From IMG/VR virus record IMGVR_UViG_3300045988_154953: a DNA stretch of 64,000 bases. One strand, 5' to 3'. Under the pieces are notes generated by a model. The model worked only from the letters and a program-made list of their open reading frames with translations, ran no database searches and had not been told where the DNA came from. Positions 56,460-64,000 of this stretch are shown one piece after another. The stretch is from a virus. The translations under genes were made by a program, and so were the position numbers. Positions within the stretch are counted from its first letter, which is position 1, and the number at the start of each line of letters is the position of its first letter.

Positions 56460-56951
56460 TTAAATTTTAAATTTAGATAAACTATTATTACCCATCATTG
56501 AACCTAACGTCATCTGCTGTACAACTTTTTCAAATCGCTTATTATTTCTAAGTTCAGTTACAAAATCATCAACGTCATGAACGTTTGGAAGTTCAAGATT
56601 TAATACAATATCATTTTTTACCGTTCCAGAATTCTTTAAATAATTTGTCTGAGGAACCTTTACGAGATCTTTTACAAAAGAATCCATCGCAACAAACGTA
56701 TTTTTCATTTCTTTAATTTTATCAAGAGATAAAATTTCTTCACCAGTTTTTGCTAATACAAATCCATCTTCTCCAGATTGCTTAATAAGACTACCTATTG
56801 TACCGCCTGTTTTAAACCCATGAGATCTCATTTGTGAAACCATCCAAGAATTTTGACTTGCGGAACTCGTATATGTATCTTTTTTACCCATAGCTTTATA
56901 ATACTTAGCACGGGCGGAGAAGGATGAGTCAAAATCAAAGTATTTTAATCT
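56460..56951 (-). CDS. tape measure protein, exon 2 (C-terminal part)
   Basis: It begins RLKYFDFDSSFSARAKYYKAMG.., completing the SIVDxLK...DSSFSxR..Y.G.A.QN motif that starts at the end of exon 1. Confidence 0.7.
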   Translation of the reverse strand, partial: RLKYFDFDSSFSARAKYYKAMGKKDTYTSSASQNSWMVSQMRSHGFKTGGTIGSLIKQSGEDGFVLAKTGEEILSLDKIKEMKNTFVAMDSFVKDLVKVPQTNYLKNSGTVKNDIVLNLELPNVHDVDDFVTELRNNKRFEKVVQQMTLGSMMGNNSLSKFKI

Positions 56952-58260
56952 CAATTATACCCTCGGTTTCCCGATATTTATCTAGGGGTTTAGACTATAC
57001 CATATTTTATTTATTATAAATTTACGAAGCATACTCCCACAAATATCCCTCTAAGTATTTATTTTCTTTTTTACAAGCATAGATTATAGAATCAGAAGAT
57101 CTGTTTATGTATTCTGCAGCAGCTTTCACACTATCAAATTTTTGTATTACATTACCATTTTCATCTAATTGATTAACAGGCTTTACGTTTTTAGGTTGTT
57201 TTATAATACATGGTTCACCTTTATAAGCCCAAACATATCCTAACGCACTTGGTTTTTTACCATTACAACAATGCCAAATTAAAGTTGTTCCTTGTTTTTT
57301 ATTAAAAGCAAATTCTGCATCTCGTATACTTGGATATTCTCTTATAAAGTCTCCAGTTTTACTGTATTGTACTACTGGTTTGAAATGTGTGTTTTTTGAA
57401 ACAGCAAACTCTTCATCAATTAATTTTTCTCCATATGTCAATTTATCTGATTTAAATCTAAAAATATACCCACCAATTGACTTTACACGTTTTCTGCATA
57501 CAGAACTAATCGTCTCATTACTAATTCCTAGTTGTCTTTCTGCTTCCATAGCACTACAATATTCGTTTATAAATTCGCCAGTATTTCTATCATATTGATA
57601 TATTGGGCGAGAATTAGCCAATCCAATTTTTCTTTTAAGTTCATCTGTCATTCGGCCAATTGAATTTCCACCATTTTGTATATTGTACCCAAAATCTTGA
57701 TTGGTAGCGTTATATTTGGCAATTAATTCAATTTCTTTTTCTTCTGCCTCTTCCTTTGATAAATGTTCAAATAATATAATATGTTCAAAATTATCCCATT
57801 CATACTTTTTAATAGCATTTTTAAAATGATTATTATGATTATATTTTGCACCATTATGTCCCCACCTATCACTTGGATTTTCTTTGCTTGTAATACCAAT
57901 GTATACTTTATTATTTATTTTATTTTTATGCATATATACAGAATAACAATATGTATCTTTGGCGTTTTCCACACGTTCACCTTCTTTCTTTTTGTAATTT
58001 TTTGCAATAAAAAGAGCCATTAAAATGACTCATAAATTCATATTCATAATAAATAAAATCACCTATTATAGTCGTTGAACGTCTATCCTGTAAATTAATA
58101 ATTTATAGATATTTCGCTGCGTTTGATTACCCAATCCTTAACGATTTTACCATACCGATTCCGTTACTAATCGCCGCTATGTATGTCGCCATCATAGTTT
58201 GGTTGTTAAGGCTCTAAGGGACTTCCCGCAATTTAAGGTGTTTAATGTGGACAATATTCT
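56952..58260 (-). mobile_element. group I intron in the tape measure gene carrying a GIY-YIG homing endonuclease gene
   Basis: On the minus strand, exon 1 ends ..gtg gaT and the intron ends ..ggtataattG. Joining gives ..NNSIVD|RLKYFDFD.. in frame. Structured segments flank the ORF. Confidence 0.7.
57022..58020 (-). CDS. GIY-YIG homing endonuclease with repeated NUMOD/IENR-type DNA-binding modules
   Basis: YCYSVYMHKNKINNKVYIGITS..RWGHNG is the GIY-YIG motif. There are three repeats of the (I/V).QYd..G.fi.eY.S..eA......s.I..cC pattern. Confidence 0.85.
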   Translation of the reverse strand: MALFIAKNYKKKEGERVENAKDTYCYSVYMHKNKINNKVYIGITSKENPSDRWGHNGAKYNHNNHFKNAIKKYEWDNFEHIILFEHLSKEEAEEKEIELIAKYNATNQDFGYNIQNGGNSIGRMTDELKRKIGLANSRPIYQYDRNTGEFINEYCSAMEAERQLGISNETISSVCRKRVKSIGGYIFRFKSDKLTYGEKLIDEEFAVSKNTHFKPVVQYSKTGDFIREYPSIRDAEFAFNKKQGTTLIWHCCNGKKPSALGYVWAYKGEPCIIKQPKNVKPVNQLDENGNVIQKFDSVKAAAEYINRSSDSIIYACKKENKYLEGYLWEYAS

Positions 58261-61200
58261 ATCCACAATAGAATTATTCTTATCCAGTTCAGACTTCGAT
58301 CCAGTGTATTTCTTTTTAATAAACCAACTTCCCCATTTTGATGAACTAGTAGTTGATTTATTAGTTGATGTATGCTTTTTAGTTGAAGTATTAGTTGATG
58401 TATTCTTTTTAGTTGAAGTATTCGACTTGTTAGTTGAACTATCAGAAATCTTCCCTTTGATAGTTTTCTTCATCGTTACTTGTGGTTTTAAAGGATCATT
58501 TTGCACTTCTTGATTATGTGCTTTATTATTGCTATCACTGACCATATCAGAAATGAATTTTTTAATATCATTCAAAGTATTATTTGTGGTAGTTAACTGA
58601 GAAGAGAGATTATTTTGATAACCAGCAACAACAGAAGCATATTTACCGCCAGGAGACCAGATGGCATTCATTTCTTTTGAAAGAGATATACCTACATCTT
58701 GAGTTTCTTTGGATAATGTATCTTTAATGGTTGAAGCATTCTCATTTGTAGAAGCAATTACATCTTTTACAACAGCATCCAAATTATCTAATTTTTTATT
58801 GAAAAATTCTTCAGTGGAATCCTTTAAATTATCAAGGAGTTTGGATTGATCGGATATATACTGTTCATATTCAGTATCTTTCAGATTATCCTGAGCTTCT
58901 TTTAAGGATTCTTTCAACTGCTGAATAGTTGCTTTTGATTCCTCAGATGTATCAGCGCCATAAGCATTTAGCTGTTTCTGTAATTTAGAAATTTCTTTTG
59001 TCTGATCAGAAATATTCTTCTCATAATCATAGATATCTTTTTGTTCGGAGAGCAGGGACTCTCTCTTCTCAATGATTTTATCCATTACATCTAAGAAAGT
59101 ATCATATCCATCAGATACTAGATCCTTAATAGATTGTTTTTCATCTTCAGCGGATTTAATGTTATCTCTCTGTGCTTCTAACAGTTCTTTTCTACGATCA
59201 AGTAAATCCTGATTATATGGGTCATTTGCTAGATCTTTATCAAGATTCTTTATTTCTTTTGCATATTCATCAGCCTGACGCATATAAGCATCATAATTCA
59301 CAGCATGAAGTCCAAGAGTAGCTTGACCTTGTTCAGTAATCTTACCTGTATCTTCATCATACATCTTACCATTAGACATAAGATCAATTAAGAAATCTGA
59401 TTCAGTTTGAACCTGAGAAAGCATGTCCTGTGTCTTGTCAAATATATCCCATTTTAATTGACGAATAGCATTTTGATATTCAACAGTAGCTGCTTTAGAC
59501 TCTAAGATGGATTCTGATACTTCATTGATTGAAATTGTCATTTCATACCATTCATCGCTATATTTCTTAATTGAACCATTTTTAACTAACTGATCCCTAG
59601 TTGTAATAAGATCTTTATATTCAGAACGAAGTTTTACATAATTGTCCTTTTCTTGTTTGAGTAAATTAGAATAAAGATTTTGACTGACTAAATAACCCTT
59701 GCTTTCAATTAAATCAATAGAAGACTCTAAGAGATTCTTTTCATGTTCAATTAAACTAATCTGATTTTCAAACTCTGTGCTTATATTGTTGAATTTAGTT
59801 TGTGCAAGTTCTTTTAATTTATCTTTCAAATCATCAACAGCATCGATACAATCTAAATATTTTTCATACCATTTCTGATAATTTTCTATGTTCGTTTTTA
59901 CATCTTCATCTTTAATGCTTTGAATATTGATTGTTCCTTCACGAACACGTTTCTTGTACTCTGAAGACAAATTTACAGAATCTGCTTCTTTTTTATATCG
60001 TTCTGCAGATTTTTGTTGAGCAACGATTTCTTTTTGAACTTGAGCAATAGCCTTGTTTGTTGAGTTTTGCTTATTTAATAAACCAACTTGTCGCTCAATA
60101 GCATCTATCAGTTTATTAGTGATACGTTCTTGTCTGCTAAGATATATTTCAATCCAATCTATAATTTCTTTTGAATCATCTGACGAAGATGAGCTAGAAG
60201 AGGACTTTGATGAAGAAGATTTGGAAGAAGATGAAGATTTTGACGATGACTTGCTGGATGAACTTGATTTAGAAGATGATGATTTTGAAGAAGAAGAGGA
60301 TGAATCATCATCATAGAATCTGCCACCGGAGCCACCATAATAGCCTCTCATTAGTGTTGAAAGACCATTTAAAGTACCTTCGGCAAAACCATTTCCAATT
60401 AGTTGACCACGACCACCGTTTGAAGTAACGTAACCAGTTTTTTGGAGTTCATCCATCTGAGTACTATTAAAGATGATATCCCCTTTGCGAAGATTCATTG
60501 TATGAGCGCCACCAGGAATTTCATATAATATACCATCACGAAGTAAACCTTCTGTACCAACTTCATTAACAAGAGCAGTTTCATCATGACGTAAAGATAC
60601 ATTTGTGCCAGTAGCATAGCCATGGAATGTACCATTAGCTTGAACGCCAATGCCAGGAATACCACCAACTGTTTTAATATTGTAAGTTAATGTAGCTGTT
60701 TTATTTGCATTCCAATTAGCTACATCATTTTTTGCTTGGGTTAAGTTTGCACCAACTTGAATCTCTCCTGTTGCCGCATTTATATCGGCAATGATATTAT
60801 CAAGTTGTGCTTTTGCTTTATCATCATTGGCATCAATCGCTAATTGTGGATCAACATTAGCAACAGTTGTTTTTATCGTGTTTAAATCGTTCTCGTCTAT
60901 GGAAGCGTGAGCTGTTATTTTAGCTTGGACAGAAGCAGCCTCTTGTTGAATCTCATCTGTGTTGATATTCAAATCAGCAGTTATATCTGGTGATAAATTC
61001 TTTACATCTGCAAGAGCAATACTTAATTCAGATTCTAATTGAGAAGTATCTGCACCAGGTACAACATTCGCCTGTTCAATTTGGTTAATAATTTCTTGAA
61101 CTCGTTGAATCTTCTGAACCGCATCAGCAACTTCACTATCTAGTTCAGACGAATCTAGTTGCATAATGGCCGGTTCTTCAGCTGCTTGTTTTTCTGCAAG

Positions 61201-63666
61201 TAATGCTTGCATTTTCTTTACGGCTTCTTGAACTTCAGAATCATCCATGTTTAACTTTCCGTGATTATTTTGAGATAACTCATTAAGTTTGGACTGTGCT
61301 TTATCAATGTCTGATTCAATTTCCTCTATTGATCTAGCTACAAGTACATCGCCATCTGCTGTAAATACAAATTTTACATTGTATTCTCCCTCATATTGAC
61401 TCATTGCGGATTTAAGTGCAGATTTCTGATCTTCATCAGTTGTACCTTTGTATTGGTCGATTAATGCTTGAGCACCTTCTATGGCACCAGTATCTTTTGG
61501 TTGTTTTTCTTCAGAATTACGTAAATCATCTATACCTTGTTTAAGGTTGTTTACTTGTTCTGTAAGACTCTTTACTTTTTCTTGTTGAGCTTCATATTCA
61601 GTTCCTTGATTTGGATCCATCGTTGCCAATTTGGCTTTAGCTTGAGCCAATTCAAGTGATTTAGAAGAAAGTTTATCTAATCCTTCTTCCATTGTTCCGA
61701 AATATGAATCTGTAAAACCATAAGACTGTAAATTTTGAAGAAGAACTGATACCATCTCTAATGGCATATGTAATTGCTCTGCCATATACTGCATATCTTT
61801 AAGATTTAAATCAAAACCCTCGCCATCGTCACGAAGTTTCGCAAAAGGAGTACCATCAGGATATTCCAGCCCTTGTAATGTTTTTACAAATTCTTTAGCA
61901 CCAGATGAATCTTCTGTAAAATATTTTCCAAGATAAGCAAGATTTTCATTCCAATCATCTATATCATCCATCCCATTTTCAGAGAATGCGATAGCTGCCT
62001 TTTTAAATTCTTCTGTACCAATTTTACCGGCCTTAGCTAATTCTTTAGCGGAATTCATCATCGCAACATATGAATCATAGTCATCAGAAGTAGAACCACC
62101 TTCTTTAGCTGTATTATAAGCATCAAGATTTGTCCTGGCATTAATATCTATTTCGTTTGATGCAATAGCTTGTGTTTCTAAGATTTTGGCCTTCATTTCA
62201 TCGAAAGTCATATCTCCAACGTTTTCAAGTTTGTATGCTATTTCTAATTGATCTTTAGATAAAGTTTTGAGTTTATCTCCAAAACGCGAATATAATTCTT
62301 TATACTGATCAGACTGAATTATACCGACATCTTTTAATTTACTTACAATATAATCAGCAGATACATCATATTGATTTGCAAGTTTTTGTACCTCATCGGT
62401 ACTTTTTACCTGTTCTTCAGTTAAATCACCATATGCTGTTTTAATCTTTTTTAAATCCAAAAGAATAGAAGAAACGTTATTATCAACATCATTATCAAAA
62501 TTCATCTGCTTCATAGCAGTATTAGTGGATTCGAATAAATTTGAAAAATATCTTTTTGTAGAATCAGATGTTGCAATACTATCAATCTGATCATAATATT
62601 TTTTATAATTATTCAAAGATTCTTGTATCGCATTTTTGTCACCAGAAGTCAATGCCTCCTGGTATTTATCTTGAGCATTTGTTAAATCCTGATAGAATTT
62701 TTTTAGATTAGTATTAGAAGGATCAAGTACTTCCTCATAAAATGTATTAGAATCATAAGCATCTTTGTTGTCACTATAAAAATCTTCGGCTTTAGTAAGT
62801 GTATTCTCTACAGATTTTGCCCACTTGTCATATTTCTCAGCATTTCCTGGATCAGTACGTTTCAAGTCATCAACTTTAGCTTTTAAATTTTCGGCCGCTT
62901 GAGCAGCACCTTCTGCATCGCCTTGAAATTTTAAAGTAGCCACACCATAGTCGTCTATTGTTTTTTCAAATCCAAGATTTTCAGCATATTTTGCAATTTT
63001 TATAGGCATTCCAGAATAATCAAGACTCATATCATAGTTTTCAAATTTATTCTTCATCTGGTCAAATTTTGATACGCCAATATTACCAGTGAAGAAGTCA
63101 GAAACATGATCACCCAAATCTTTTTTATTATATTCGTCTTTTTGTTCTTTGAATTCGTTTGCACCAATTTTTTCAAGTATAGCAGCTTGATCTTCCAATG
63201 AACCGTTAAGTAAATCTACACCTTCGGCTTCCGAGCCATATTTATCAATCAATTCATTCTGAATAGATAAAAGTTCTTGCCTAGCACTTGTAACTTCTTC
63301 AATAGTAGAAGACGAATCAGACATTGTTGCTCTAAGAGATTCTATTTTATCTTTATAAGAATCGAGAGTAGATGCACTAGATTTAATATTGTCGGCCATC
63401 TGAGAAGATGCTTTATTCATATTCTCTTCGTAATTTACTGTTTTCTCAATTCCACTTGCGAGTGCTTCCACACCAGCAGAGATAACAGCAGTAGCGAGTG
63501 CATTCCCAGCCATTGCAAGCCCCTTAAGCGCAACTTGCCCGGCTTTTGCACCAAGAGTCATAGATTTTGCATTTGTAATCAAAGTTTCTAATGCTGTAGC
63601 ATCATTTTTACATTCTTTTACATGCTCTTTTGCCGCAACAGAACATTTCTTCATAGTTTTTGCCAA
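58261..63666 (-). CDS. tape measure protein, exon 1 (the frame remains open upstream to 63915)
   Basis: It encodes about 1800 aa that are alpha-helical and Ala/Glu/Lys-rich. It contains a poly(Ser/Lys) tract. Its position is upstream of Dit and Tal. The first candidate start is TTG at 63666. Confidence 0.8.
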
Positions 63667-63905
63667 GGCTTCACCTGTAGAAACACCTGACTTTATTTGT
63701 CTAGTATATTCTTCGATTTGAGGTATATCACTTTTTTTAAAAGTATCTTTGCCACTAAAAAGAGAATATAACGTACCTTGACCAGAATTTAAATCTAGTT
63801 TAATATTATATATACTTTTATCTCGTACAGTTACTTTCTTTTCAACGGCTTGCTTTTTAGTGCCTTTTAGTACAGATTCTTTTGTATCATTAGATAATCC
63901 AAATA

Positions 63906-63934
63906 TTGTTCCGAATATCGTACTGTGTTATAAT
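63906..63934 (+). promoter_or_regulatory. candidate sigma-70-type promoter facing the window end
   Basis: TTGTTC, a 17-nt spacer, then TGtTATAAT (extended -10). Confidence 0.45.
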
Positions 63935-63985
63935 ATATTATATGTTTGATCTATAATATATTTTATTGGGGGATTAAATTAAGAA

Positions 63986-64000
63986 ATGAGAAAAAAAAAT
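63986..64000 (+). CDS. start of an unidentified plus-strand gene (truncated by the window end)
   Basis: ATG AGA AAA AAA AAT lies 12 nt after GGGGGA. Only 5 codons are visible. Confidence 0.3.

Noticed and set aside
60053-60316. Highly acidic 87-aa plus-strand ORF (DEDELEEDFDEEDLEEDED)
   Set aside because: It is the antisense reading of the poly-Ser/Lys tract inside the tape measure gene, so it is an artefact of the repeat.

Overview
AT-rich (about 30% GC by eye) genome segment of a temperate, siphovirus-like tailed phage of a low-GC anaerobic Firmicute. Nt 1-21200 (+ strand) is an early, nucleotide-metabolism and lysogeny arm. It carries an NAD+ reconstitution cluster (Prs-like, Nampt-like, macrodomain, NadE), gmk, an intron-split nrdD, nrdG, thyX-like, dut, an Xis-like HTH protein, a tyrosine integrase and an attP that mimics a tRNA/tmRNA 3' end. 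Nt 21870-63900 (- strand) holds a small accessory island (DUF262 protein, second tyrosine recombinase), a holin region and a long tail, baseplate and fibre module ending in an intron-split tape measure gene. The main finding is at 9540-11881: a 576-aa Cas12f/TnpB-like RuvC nuclease flanked on both sides by a structured tracrRNA-like scaffold plus a mini CRISPR array (36-nt repeats, 30-nt spacers). The two scaffolds and their repeats differ by compensatory changes in an 11-bp anti-repeat:repeat pairing. No cas1, cas2 or cas4 is present. Other findings include two GIY-YIG group I introns, a 20-bp inverted repeat bracketing int-attP, a C7 homopolymer frameshift in a fibre-locus gene, and several moron-like genes.
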